Assembly: GCA_963799995.1 (NCBI GenBank)
Contig: CAWCZI010000012.1
Location: 1,964,492-2,028,491 of the forward strand
DNA from: an uncultured Solirubrobacterales bacterium
GTDB taxonomy: Bacteria > Actinomycetota > Thermoleophilia > Solirubrobacterales > Solirubrobacteraceae
Reading direction: 5' to 3'
DNA: 64,000 bases
Both the position numbers and the translations under genes were made by a program. Position 1 is the stretch's first letter. Each line of letters begins with the position of its first letter. The notes beneath the pieces are model-generated. The model worked only from the letters and a program-made list of their open reading frames with translations, had not been told where the DNA came from and made no database searches. Below are positions 27,206 through 35,899 of the stretch, piece by piece.

Positions 27206-28312
27206 TCAGGCGACCGGATATACGATTTCGCGGTTGTAGCCGACGGTGATGCGGGTGTAGCCGGCCAGGCTCGCGTCCACGGCCGGATCGCCGGTGTCGA
27301 CACGAAGCGGAGCTCCAGCGAGGCGCGCGATCTTCGCCTCGGTGGCCACGACGACGATGCGCTCGGTGCCGACCTGTTCGATCACCGCGGCGGACAGCTG
27401 CTGGTTACCGCGGCCGAACAAGAACCCCTGTCCGCCGACCGGCGCCACGACGATGCCGGCGTCCTGCGCCGCGAGCAGCTCGATCAGGACGTCCTCGTCA
27501 GCGTCGGCGATCAGGCAGCTGCCGGCCCGGACAACGTCGACGCCGAGCAGTGTCTTCTCAAGTCCGAGCAGCGCCATGATCAGGCCCGTTGTCGTACCCG
27601 GGCCGATCAGCCATGTGCCGTCGCCCAGCACGTTGTCGATCAGGTGGTGTGCGATCTCCTCCTGTGCCAGCGCCTCGCTCCCCAGCGAGCGCGCCTTGGC
27701 GTTCTGGAGGTGACGGCGGGCGTCCGGGACGTTCATGAAGCCGTGCAGACGTGCCGACACCGCGCCGGCGCGGAGCAGCGCCTCGTCGACGTCCATCACC
27801 TCGGCCCGTCGCAAGCTCCGCATGCCGTCGCGGGCGAGACGGGCGGCCAACTCGCCGGCGCTTCTCGGGTTGACCGCGAACACCGCCGAGTGCATCTTCA
27901 CACCTGCCGGGATGCCGAGTACGGGAATCCGGTCACCGATCGCCTCAAGGACATCCACCGCGGTCCCGTCGCCACCGGCGAAGAGGAGCAGGTCGACGTT
28001 GCGATCTGCCATCGCCACGGCGGCCGCGCGCGTGTCCTGCGCCGAGGTGGACGACCCGGTACGGCCGAGCACGGTCGTCGCCACCCGGGCATCGGCGGCC
28101 GCCCGCTCGCCCATCTCGCCTGCGTAGGCCAGCACCTCCAGACCGCCACCGAGCGCGGCGAGCGGTCGCAGCGCCTCCGTCGCCCGCGCGGGAGCGCTCG
28201 GGCTCGCGCCCCGCTCGCGGGCCGCCGCCACGAGAGCGGCGTCGTCGCTGCCCTTGAACGCGAGCCGACCGCCCATGCCGGCGATCGGATTAACGATGAG
28301 ACCGAGGCGCAT
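27206..28312 (-). CDS. ATP-NAD kinase / AcoX-like protein
   Basis: MRLGLIVNPIAGMGG, FKGSD, GGDGT, GIPAGVKMHS, GGQGFLFGRGNQQ. Confidence 0.85.
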   Translation of the reverse strand: MRLGLIVNPIAGMGGRLAFKGSDDAALVAAARERGASPSAPARATEALRPLAALGGGLEVLAYAGEMGERAAADARVATTVLGRTGSSTSAQDTRAAAVAMADRNVDLLLFAGGDGTAVDVLEAIGDRIPVLGIPAGVKMHSAVFAVNPRSAGELAARLARDGMRSLRRAEVMDVDEALLRAGAVSARLHGFMNVPDARRHLQNAKARSLGSEALAQEEIAHHLIDNVLGDGTWLIGPGTTTGLIMALLGLEKTLLGVDVVRAGSCLIADADEDVLIELLAAQDAGIVVAPVGGQGFLFGRGNQQLSAAVIEQVGTERIVVVATEAKIARLAGAPLRVDTGDPAVDASLAGYTRITVGYNREIVYPVA

Positions 28313-28626
28313 CTCACGCCGGTCAGAATGCCTCGTCCAGGCCGCACGGCGCCGCCACAAAGCTGTCGCTCTCCACTGCGCTCCCTCCTTGAGTTGCGGA
28401 AGCATACGCTGCCGGTGCAGGCACGTCAGGTGCACCTCGGGTGCCCGGGTAGTGACGCTGATACGCTCGTTGAGGGTGAGCCGCATGGGTTCAATGATCG
28501 GCTTCGTCGACCGCTGGGTGGTGCTCGCGGGACGGACATGCTGCGCCGGGCGCTCGTGGGAAGGTCTGGACCGCAGCCTGGATCGGCGGGCAGGTGAGAC
28601 GCCGCCCGGCTCCTGCCAGCCCTTGG

Positions 28627-28662
28627 GGTCGGTTGCCTCGGAGCGGTCGGTTGCCTCGGAGC
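28627..28662. repeat. 18-nt perfect tandem repeat upstream of the dehydratase
   Basis: ggtcggttgcctcggagc x2. Confidence 0.8.
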
Positions 28663-28733
28663 GCTCGAACGGCTCGGGCCGCGCGGACGAGCCGGTGCTC
28701 GCCGCCGAAGACGTCAGGACCTAGTCCCGGCAC

Positions 28734-30983
28734 ATGTACGTGCAGGACACGGCGTCGCGCCGATCGGAGTTCCTCGCCACCCGGCCGATCAGTCAGGACA
28801 ACCTCGTCCCGGAAGACCCTGCGCTGGGCCTGGTGGCCTTCTCGAGCCCGTTCGACCCCGAGCCTTCACTGCGCATCGAGCACGGCCGCGTCGTCGAGCT
28901 CGACGGCAAACCCGAAGCCGAGTTCGACATGCTCGACGAGTTCATCGCCCGCCGTGCCATCGACCTCGGCGTCGCCGATGAGGCGATGGCGGTGGCGACG
29001 CTCGATTTCGCCCGGATGATCGTCGACCCGGGCGTCCCGCGAGCCGACGTCACGCGGCTCGCCGCCGGCATGACCCCGGCCAAGATCGCGGCCACGCTCG
29101 CTCTCCTCACACCCGTCGAGATCCTTCAGGCGATGCAGAAGATGCGCGCCCGCAAGACGCCGTCGATCCAGGCGCACGTGACCAACCGCATCGACCATCC
29201 GCTGTTGATCGCCGCGGACGCGGCGGCCGCCGTGGCCCTGGGGTTCCGGGAGCTCGAGACGACCGTGCCGGTGCTGCGTGATGCCCCATCCAACGCACTG
29301 GCCCTTCTGATCGGCAGTCAGGTCGGGCAGCCGGGCGCGCTGACCCAGTGCTCCGTCGAGGAGCGAACGGAGCTCGAGCTGGGCATGCGTGGGCTGACGA
29401 CCTACGCCGAGACGGTGTCGGTGTACGGCACCGAGCAGGTCTTCGTGGACGGCGATGACACCCCCTGGTCGAAGGCGTTTCTGGCCTCGTGCTACGCATC
29501 GCGGGGACTGAAGATGCGCTTCACCTCCGGCTCGGGGGCCGAGGTGCTGATGGGCGCGAGCGAGGGTAAGTCGATGCTCTACCTCGAGGCGCGATGCATC
29601 GCGCTCACACGGGCTGCCGGCGCCCAGGGCGTCCAGAACGGCGGGATCGACGGCGTCAATGTGACCGCGTCGGTGCCCGACGGCATGCGCGAGGTGATCG
29701 CCGAGAACCTCTGCGTGATGCTCCACGACCTCGAGTCCTGCACCGGCAACGACACGCTGATGTCGGCCTCGGACATCCGGCGCACCGCGCACACGCTGCC
29801 GCTGCTGCTCGCCGGCACCGACTTCCTGTTCTCGGGCTTCGGCTCGATTCCGGCCTACGACAATGCGTTCGGACCCTCGAACATGAACGCCGAGGATCTC
29901 GATGACTACCTGGTCGTCCAGCGCGACTGGGGGTTCGAGGGCGGGCTGCGCTGGCGCGAGGACGCTGACCTGCTTGCCGTCCGCCGCCGCGCCGCGGAGG
30001 CCTGCCGGGCCGTGTTCGAGGAGCTCGAGCTGGCCGAGTTCGACGACGCCGATGTCGATGCATGCGTGCGCGCCCACGGAAGTCTCGACGTTCCGGCGCC
30101 ACCGTCCGATCTCCCAGGAGTCGCCTCCGAGCGGATCATGGACAGCGGGCTCACGGCGCTCGACGCCGTGCGGGCCCTCGCCGGGCGCGGCTACGAGCTC
30201 GAGGCCGAGCGCGTGCTCGAGATGATCCGCCAGCGGCTCCTCGGCGACGTGCTGCAGACGTCGGCGATCCTGGATCAGGACCTCAACGTCCTTTCCTCGC
30301 TGACCGACCCCAACGACTACGCCGGGCCGGGCACCGGATACCGCATGTCGGCCGAGCGCCGCGGCGAGGTGGCCAGCGTCCGGCAGGTGTGGCGTCCGGC
30401 GGACCTAGCGCTCGAACAAGCGCGCTCGCAAGGTTGCATCGATCTGCGCGAGATTGGTCCGGCCGGCGCCGGCGAGCGCGCGGACGAGGTCGTGGTCGGA
30501 CTTTCGCCCGCGTTTGCCACCGAGATCTGGGAGGCGCTGAACGGGATGCCGGTCGCCGAGGTCCTGCGCCAGCTGCTCGCTGGGATCGAGGAGGAGGGGC
30601 TCGTGTCGCGCCTTGTTCGCGTGCGCCGGTCGATCGATCTCGGCAGGATCGGCTGGGGAGCTGCTCACCTCTCGGGGTCGGGCATCTCGGTGGGGCTACA
30701 GGCGAAGGGAAGTGCGCTGATCCACCGCGCCGACCTGCCCCCGCTCGCCAACCTCGAGCTGTTCTCGATCGCTCCGCGCATCACGCCGGAGCTCTATCGC
30801 GCCCTGGGTCGCAACGCAGCTCGCTACGCCAAGGGCCTGGCACCCTTGCCGCTGCTGCTCCCGGAGTCAAGCGAGCCGATCGGACCCCGCTATCACGCCC
30901 GCGTCGTCCAGCTCGTCGCGATCGAGCGCCGGATGGTGCAGGACTCACAGCCGGTCGAGCTCGAGGCGACGTGGCCGAGCTGA
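28734..30983 (+). CDS. pduC: B12-dependent diol/glycerol dehydratase, large (alpha) subunit fused to medium (beta) subunit, 749 aa
   Basis: QAHVTN, TQCSVEE, YAETVSVYGTE, GDDTPWSK, GNDT. The C-terminal part carries beta-subunit motifs (EVVVGLSPAF, GIEEEG, SGSGISVGLQAKG, LELFS). Confidence 0.92.
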   Translation: MYVQDTASRRSEFLATRPISQDNLVPEDPALGLVAFSSPFDPEPSLRIEHGRVVELDGKPEAEFDMLDEFIARRAIDLGVADEAMAVATLDFARMIVDPGVPRADVTRLAAGMTPAKIAATLALLTPVEILQAMQKMRARKTPSIQAHVTNRIDHPLLIAADAAAAVALGFRELETTVPVLRDAPSNALALLIGSQVGQPGALTQCSVEERTELELGMRGLTTYAETVSVYGTEQVFVDGDDTPWSKAFLASCYASRGLKMRFTSGSGAEVLMGASEGKSMLYLEARCIALTRAAGAQGVQNGGIDGVNVTASVPDGMREVIAENLCVMLHDLESCTGNDTLMSASDIRRTAHTLPLLLAGTDFLFSGFGSIPAYDNAFGPSNMNAEDLDDYLVVQRDWGFEGGLRWREDADLLAVRRRAAEACRAVFEELELAEFDDADVDACVRAHGSLDVPAPPSDLPGVASERIMDSGLTALDAVRALAGRGYELEAERVLEMIRQRLLGDVLQTSAILDQDLNVLSSLTDPNDYAGPGTGYRMSAERRGEVASVRQVWRPADLALEQARSQGCIDLREIGPAGAGERADEVVVGLSPAFATEIWEALNGMPVAEVLRQLLAGIEEEGLVSRLVRVRRSIDLGRIGWGAAHLSGSGISVGLQAKGSALIHRADLPPLANLELFSIAPRITPELYRALGRNAARYAKGLAPLPLLLPESSEPIGPRYHARVVQLVAIERRMVQDSQPVELEATWPS

Positions 30984-31369
30984 GGTACCCCCTGGGGGCC
31001 GGGCCCCGCACCGACGTGAGCTCCGCCGCCGGAAAGCCGGTCGCCGAGATCACGCTCGACGCGGCCGTCGCCGGCAATCTGGACGCCCGCGACGTCACCA
31101 TCTCTGCCGACACCCTCCGCCTCCAGGCCGGGTTCGCCGAACGCGGGGGCAACCCGCAGCTGGGCGAGAACCTCCGTCGCGCCGCCGAGCTCGTCGCCTT
31201 CGAGGACGACGAGCTGCTGCGCTTCTACGAGATGCTTCGCCCCGGGCGTTCGTCAGCCCAGGAGCTCGAGTCTCTTGCCACCGCGCTGTCAGAGCGCGGG
31301 GCGCAGCGCTGCGCCGAGCTCGTGCTCGAGGCCCGTGCCGTCTATGTCCGGCGCGGGCTGATCGGCTAG
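30971..31369 (+). CDS. pduE: Diol dehydratase small (gamma) subunit
   Basis: GTG at 30971. YPL, EITLDAA, ISADTLRLQA, NLRRAAEL, YEMLRPGRS, EARAVYVRRG. Confidence 0.88.
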   Translation: MAELRYPLGAGPRTDVSSAAGKPVAEITLDAAVAGNLDARDVTISADTLRLQAGFAERGGNPQLGENLRRAAELVAFEDDELLRFYEMLRPGRSSAQELESLATALSERGAQRCAELVLEARAVYVRRGLIG

Positions 31370-31423
31370 AGGCACCGGCGGGGTCCATTAGCATCTGCAC
31401 GAGCCGCCAAAGGAGAGACCGAG

Positions 31424-31879
31424 ATGACACGTCAGGAGACGACCGCCCGCCGCCAACTCGCACAGCTCGCAGCCGAGCCGCGTGGTCGCCAGCTTCTGCA
31501 ACTCGCGCTCCGGGGGATCCAGACCTCCGGCCACGGCCTCACCATCGGCTGCTGGATCAAGCCCGGCGGCGGGGTCTCCGGCTGCGTGTTCCAGCACGCG
31601 TACTGGCAGGGGATCGCCGAGGGCGCGTTCGGCCCCGGCGAGGGCGCGAGCAAAGAGATCAAGGACCTCGTCGACGAGCGCGACTTCCACCTCGTGATGG
31701 AGGCCATCCGGGCCCTCGACAGCCTCGGCAAACATCGTTTCGTGCAGCGGCGAGGGCTGAGCCGCACGCTCGACGAGACCGCCTGGCGAAGCACAGTGGA
31801 GCAGCTGCTCGTCGACGCCCTCGCCACCCCCGCGCCCGCTCCCGCGGCGGACCCAGCGGCTGTATCCGGCTCCGTGTGA
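31424..31879 (+). CDS. Hypothetical protein (151 aa) between the dehydratase and reactivase genes
   Basis: RBS GGAGAG, GC3-rich codon use, co-oriented within the cluster; no family recognised. Confidence 0.7.
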   Translation: MTRQETTARRQLAQLAAEPRGRQLLQLALRGIQTSGHGLTIGCWIKPGGGVSGCVFQHAYWQGIAEGAFGPGEGASKEIKDLVDERDFHLVMEAIRALDSLGKHRFVQRRGLSRTLDETAWRSTVEQLLVDALATPAPAPAADPAAVSGSV

Positions 31880-31882
31880 CGG

Positions 31883-33571
31883 GTGCTGGTCGCCGGCATT
31901 GATGTCGGCAACTCGACGACCGAGGTCGCGGTAGCCCGCGTCGAACCCGGGCGCGAGCCGAGCTGGCTGTTCGTCGGGCGGTGTCCGACGACCGGCACCA
32001 AGGGATCCGTGGCCTGCGTCGGAGCGATCGCGGAGCTGCTGTCGCGGGCCGAGCGCAGGCTCGGCGCTCGCGCTGAGCTCGCGCTCCTCGCCGAGCTGCA
32101 TCCGGTCAAGACCGACCTGCTCGAGCTCGGAACGATTGAGGAGCTCGCGCTGGGGCGCGCGGCGATCGCGCGACCCGCGAGCCAGACGCCCTCCGGCGCC
32201 GGGGTGGGCGCCGGACGGCTGACGAGACTCGACGACCTCGCCGGCCCACCGGCCGCCGGGGAGGTGATCGCGGTCGTACCCAGGATCGACTTCGACGCGG
32301 CGGCGAGTCGGCTTCGCGAGGCCCGCGAGCGGGGCTGGCGCATCACCGCGGCCATCGTCCACGGGGATGACGGCGTTCTGATCGGCAACCGCTTCGACCG
32401 GTCGATGCCGATCGTCGACGAGGTCACCGATGCCGCCCAGCTGCCGTTCGGAGCGCTGGCCGCCGTCGAGGTCGCCGAGCCCGGAGGGTCGACGACGGTG
32501 CTCTCGGATCCGCTGCGTCTCGGGCTCCTGCTCGGACTGCACCCCGACGAGGCCCGCGCCGCCCGCGCCGCCGCCCGCGCCGTCGCCGGCTGCCGAGCGG
32601 CGGTCGTCGTTCGCACCGAACGCTCGGCGCAGAGCCGGCGGCCCGCCGATGCCGCGGTCCACCTCATCGACGATCAGGGTGGCGAGCAGCGGCTGGACGA
32701 GCGCGCCGATCCGCCGCCGCCCGGCGTCATCAAGGCGATCCGCGGCGCCGCCGGTGACCGCGATGATCTCCTCGACGTGGTCTGGCGCCCGCTGCCGTCC
32801 CCGCCCGAGGATCCGGGCTTCGCTCGCAGGCTCGCGCGCGAGCGGGCGATCGCGATCGCGCTCCTGTCCCGCGGTGAGAGTGGCGACCTGGTCACGGCGC
32901 TGTCGGAGCTCTGCCCCAAGGGGGCGCGGGTCGTTGCCCGCGAGTCCGAGGCCGCGATGCTCGGGGCCGCGAGCACTCCGGGCGCCGGCCGCGCCCCCTT
33001 CATCCTCGACCTCGGCGGTGGCACTGTCGACCTGCATCACGCCGAGGGAGCGGTCGCGACCGCCGGCGGGGGCGACCTCGTGACCCGCATCTGCGCTGCC
33101 CTGCTCGGCTCGCCCGCCGCCCTCGCCGAACGGGCCAAGCGTCATCGCTCGGTTCGGGTCGAGACGCCGTTCACGCTTCACCATGAGGACGGGAGCCGCA
33201 GCTTCCTCAACGAGCCGGCCCCGCCCGACGCGCTGGCTCGCTTGTGCGCGCTCGACGGCAAGCACCTGGTCGCTCTGCCCGCCCAGCTTGCACCGGAGGT
33301 CTGGTCAAGGCTTCGGCTCGCGGCTAAGCGACAGGTGCTGGCCTTCAACGTCCGGCGGGCGATGGACGCGGTCGGGGGCGCCCCGCGCGGTGAGCTCGTC
33401 CTGCTCGTCGGCGGCTGTGCCGTCGACCACGAGGTCCTCGACGTCGTCGCCGGCGAGCTTGAGGGACACGATCTGACCATCGCCCGCGGGAACGTGCTCG
33501 GCCGGCACGGCCCCCGCGCGGCCGTCGCCGTCGGCCTCGTGCTCACCTTCGCACGCGGAGGCGGGCGGTGA
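31883..33571 (+). CDS. pduG: Diol dehydratase reactivase alpha subunit
   Basis: AGIDVGNSTTE, TGTKGS, PIVDEV, LSDPL, ESEAAMLGAASTPG, DLGGGTVD, GNVLGRHGPRAAVAVGL. Confidence 0.88.
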   Translation: MLVAGIDVGNSTTEVAVARVEPGREPSWLFVGRCPTTGTKGSVACVGAIAELLSRAERRLGARAELALLAELHPVKTDLLELGTIEELALGRAAIARPASQTPSGAGVGAGRLTRLDDLAGPPAAGEVIAVVPRIDFDAAASRLREARERGWRITAAIVHGDDGVLIGNRFDRSMPIVDEVTDAAQLPFGALAAVEVAEPGGSTTVLSDPLRLGLLLGLHPDEARAARAAARAVAGCRAAVVVRTERSAQSRRPADAAVHLIDDQGGEQRLDERADPPPPGVIKAIRGAAGDRDDLLDVVWRPLPSPPEDPGFARRLARERAIAIALLSRGESGDLVTALSELCPKGARVVARESEAAMLGAASTPGAGRAPFILDLGGGTVDLHHAEGAVATAGGGDLVTRICAALLGSPAALAERAKRHRSVRVETPFTLHHEDGSRSFLNEPAPPDALARLCALDGKHLVALPAQLAPEVWSRLRLAAKRQVLAFNVRRAMDAVGGAPRGELVLLVGGCAVDHEVLDVVAGELEGHDLTIARGNVLGRHGPRAAVAVGLVLTFARGGGR

Positions 33572-33874
33572 GCGAGCCGCTGGTGCTGGCGCTCATCGGC
33601 GACCCCACGACCGGCTCGGCGCTCGCGGCGGGGTTCGAGGAGGAGGGCGTTCCGGTGACCGTGTTGGAGGCGGAGGGGGCTCCCGAAACCCTGGCGCGCG
33701 AGGCGGCAAAACGCGCGGTGCTCGGGATCGGCATCGGGGGCGATCGCGACCGGCTGGCGCTGGTTCTCGCCGGCGGCCCGCCGCGGCCGTATCTGGAGGC
33801 CCCGGCCGCCGCCGCGCGCTTGCTCGGGCAACACGCCGCCCGCATCGCCTCCCGCCGGCCGCTGTTGAGGCTGA
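33568..33874 (+). CDS. pduH: Diol dehydratase reactivase beta subunit (PduH-like); its stop is probably lost to a 1-nt indel
   Basis: AGFEEEGVP, LAREAA, LGIGIG, GQHAARI. An out-of-frame TGA sits at 33872-33874; as sequenced it reads through into the next gene. Confidence 0.7.
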
Positions 33875-33894
33875 CTCCGGTTAGGATCCGCCGC

Positions 33895-34692
33895 ATGGCG
33901 ACGACCACCGCAAACGGCGTCGAGCTCTGGGTCGAGCAGGCGGGTGACGGCGACGACGTCCTGTTCATCTCCGGCCTCGCCGATGAGGGCGCGTGCTGGG
34001 TCGACCAGGTCGCCGGCCTCGAGGATCGCTACCGGCTGACGACCTTCGACAACCGCGGCGTGGGACGCTCATCCACGCCCGACGGGCCCTTCCGGATCGC
34101 TGACTTCGCCGCCGATACCGCAGCCCTGATGGACAGCCTCGGGCTCGAGCGGCCCCACGTGGTGGGATCCTCGATGGGCGGCGCAATCGCCCAGGAGCTC
34201 GCGCTCGCCCATCCCGACCGCGTCCGCAGCCTCGTTCTCAACGGGACCTGGTGTCGCGGCGATCGCTTTCTCCATGAGGTCTTCCGCAACTGGATGTGGT
34301 CGGCCGAGAGGGCTGACTCGATCCGCGACTTTCTGGTCACCGTGAACCTGTGGTGCTTCTCGCCTCGAATTTGGAACGAGGGCACCATGGACGGCTGGAT
34401 CGACGCCGCCGAGGCGAGTCCCCATCCGCAATCGGTCGACGCCTTCTGCCGCTCGGCGCAGGCGCTGATCGACCACGACTCGGCCGACCGAATCGCCGCC
34501 ATCACGGCGCCGACGCTGGTGACGGTCGGCGAGCTCGATCTGTGCCTTCCCGTGCGCTTCTCCGAGGGATTGGTGCAGCGCATCCCGAACGCTCGACTTA
34601 CCGTGGTTCCGGCCGTCGGGCACCAGCCGTTTCAGGAACTCCCGGACGCCTACAACCGGCTTCTGGACGAGTTCTGGCAGTCGGTCGACTGA
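33895..34692 (+). CDS. Alpha/beta hydrolase, 265 aa
   Basis: MATTTANGVELW, FDNRGVGRS, GSSMGG, GELDL, GHQPFQE. TAGGAT lies exactly 7 nt before the ATG (leaderless promoter). Confidence 0.85.
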   Translation: MATTTANGVELWVEQAGDGDDVLFISGLADEGACWVDQVAGLEDRYRLTTFDNRGVGRSSTPDGPFRIADFAADTAALMDSLGLERPHVVGSSMGGAIAQELALAHPDRVRSLVLNGTWCRGDRFLHEVFRNWMWSAERADSIRDFLVTVNLWCFSPRIWNEGTMDGWIDAAEASPHPQSVDAFCRSAQALIDHDSADRIAAITAPTLVTVGELDLCLPVRFSEGLVQRIPNARLTVVPAVGHQPFQELPDAYNRLLDEFWQSVD

Positions 34693-34734
34693 GGGGCTAC
34701 GGCGCAGGCGAGCTCCCGAGCTGCTGAACCGAGC

Positions 34735-35148
34735 TCAGTGCACCACGAGCACGTCGCACGGCGCGTGGTGCACGATGTTCGTGCTCACCGACCCGAGGAC
34801 CACTCGCTGCACCGCGTTGAGCCCCCGCGTCCCGATCACGATCAGGTCGGCCCCGGACTCCTCGGCCTCCTGCACGATCACGTCCGCGGGGTTGCCGTGC
34901 CCCTCGACATAGACCCCCTCGATCCCGCGGCCCTCGAGATACTCGCGCGCCTCGGCGAGCGCCTGCGTGCGCGCCTCGGCGTCGGCAGGGTCGACGGGCC
35001 CGACGCCACCCGCCGGGTCGCGCAGGAGCCTCGCGACGTTTGCGGCGGAGACGACGGCGATGGTCGCGCCGTTCGCAATCTCGACGGCTCGCGCCAGCGC
35101 CTTTCGCGAGTGCTCGGATCCATCGAAGCCGACGACGATTCGTTCCAT
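34735..35148 (-). CDS. Universal stress protein (UspA family)
   Basis: IVVGFDGSEHS, GNPADVI, DLIVIGTRG, LGSVSTNIVHHAPCDVLVV. Confidence 0.93.
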   Translation of the reverse strand: MERIVVGFDGSEHSRKALARAVEIANGATIAVVSAANVARLLRDPAGGVGPVDPADAEARTQALAEAREYLEGRGIEGVYVEGHGNPADVIVQEAEESGADLIVIGTRGLNAVQRVVLGSVSTNIVHHAPCDVLVVH

Positions 35149-35155
35149 GTCCCGC

Positions 35156-35185
35156 ATCCTGATGTGTCAAGAGGGCCTGTGTCAA
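35156..35185 (-). promoter_or_regulatory. Sigma70-type leaderless promoter of the USP gene
   Basis: TTGACA (35185-35180), 18 nt, CAGGAT (35161-35156), 7 nt, ATG at 35148. tgtgtcaag is directly repeated with a 15-nt period. Confidence 0.6.
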
Positions 35186-35218
35186 GTGTTCCCTCCAGGC
35201 CTGGGCCTGCTCGCGCGG

Positions 35219-35899
35219 TCAGGTCCGCGTATCGACGACCATCGCCGCGCCCGCGCCGTCGTCGACTCTGAGCGTCGCTCCGCTCACATGCGCCGACAGA
35301 TCGCAGGCGAGCCAGGCGGCGAGTGAGCTGACATCCGTATCCGCGCGGGGGCAGAGCGCGTTCGAGCGGATACCGTGCGGCGCGCCCTCCGCGGCGAACA
35401 GCTCGGCGACGGCGATCACGCCCGCGCTCGTGACCGAGTACGCAGCGGTTTCATGGTCGGCGCGAATACCCGTGTCGGAGGCGATGTGGATCATCGAACC
35501 TCGGCCGTGCGTCCGCATCGCACCGAAGCACGCCCGAGCCACCCTGAACGGCGACGTCAGGTTCACTTCGAGGAGCTCACGGAAGCGCGCTTCTGAGGTT
35601 GCCTCGATCGAACCCGCGAACACCACGTCGGCGTTCGTGACCAGAACGTCCAGCCGGCCGCTGCCAAGCTCGAGAGCACGCTGCACCGCCAGGTTGGAGC
35701 TGGTGCGGTCACGGTGGTCGCAGGCGAGGAACGCTGCGCCGGTGTCCTGGGCGATCGACTCGCCGCGCTCGCGGCTGTGCCCCGTGAAGACAACCGCCAT
35801 GCCCTCTTCGCACAAGCGCTGTACGCACGCTCTCCCGAGCTCCGACGTCCCGCCGGTGACGAGCGCACTCCGGCCCTCGAGGCCGAGCCCGACGCTCAA
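35219..35899 (-). CDS. Degenerate SDR-family oxidoreductase paralogue
   Basis: TGGTSELG (Gly lost), NADV, YSVTS (catalytic Lys absent), shortened substrate loop. Confidence 0.8.
   Translation of the reverse strand: MSVGLGLEGRSALVTGGTSELGRACVQRLCEEGMAVVFTGHSRERGESIAQDTGAAFLACDHRDRTSSNLAVQRALELGSGRLDVLVTNADVVFAGSIEATSEARFRELLEVNLTSPFRVARACFGAMRTHGRGSMIHIASDTGIRADHETAAYSVTSAGVIAVAELFAAEGAPHGIRSNALCPRADTDVSSLAAWLACDLSAHVSGATLRVDDGAGAAMVVDTRT

Noticed and set aside
27211-27226. Fourth copy of the GntR operator-like motif
   Set aside because: The match is weak (GATATACGA) and lies inside the coding 3' end of the kinase-like gene.
28313-28733. Cobalamin riboswitch upstream of the B12 dehydratase, or an 80-aa ORF at 28485-28724
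   Set aside because: Only a GGGAAGG fragment matches; the other conserved B12-element motifs are not visible. The ORF has no recognisable features. An Infernal/Rfam scan would settle it.
33568-34692. Apparent PduH-alpha/beta-hydrolase fusion (374-aa ORF)
   Set aside because: The hydrolase has its own ATG with a TAGGAT -10 box 7 nt upstream, and a TGA lies one base out of frame at the expected PduH end. In an indel-rich sequence a lost stop is more likely. Raw reads would decide.
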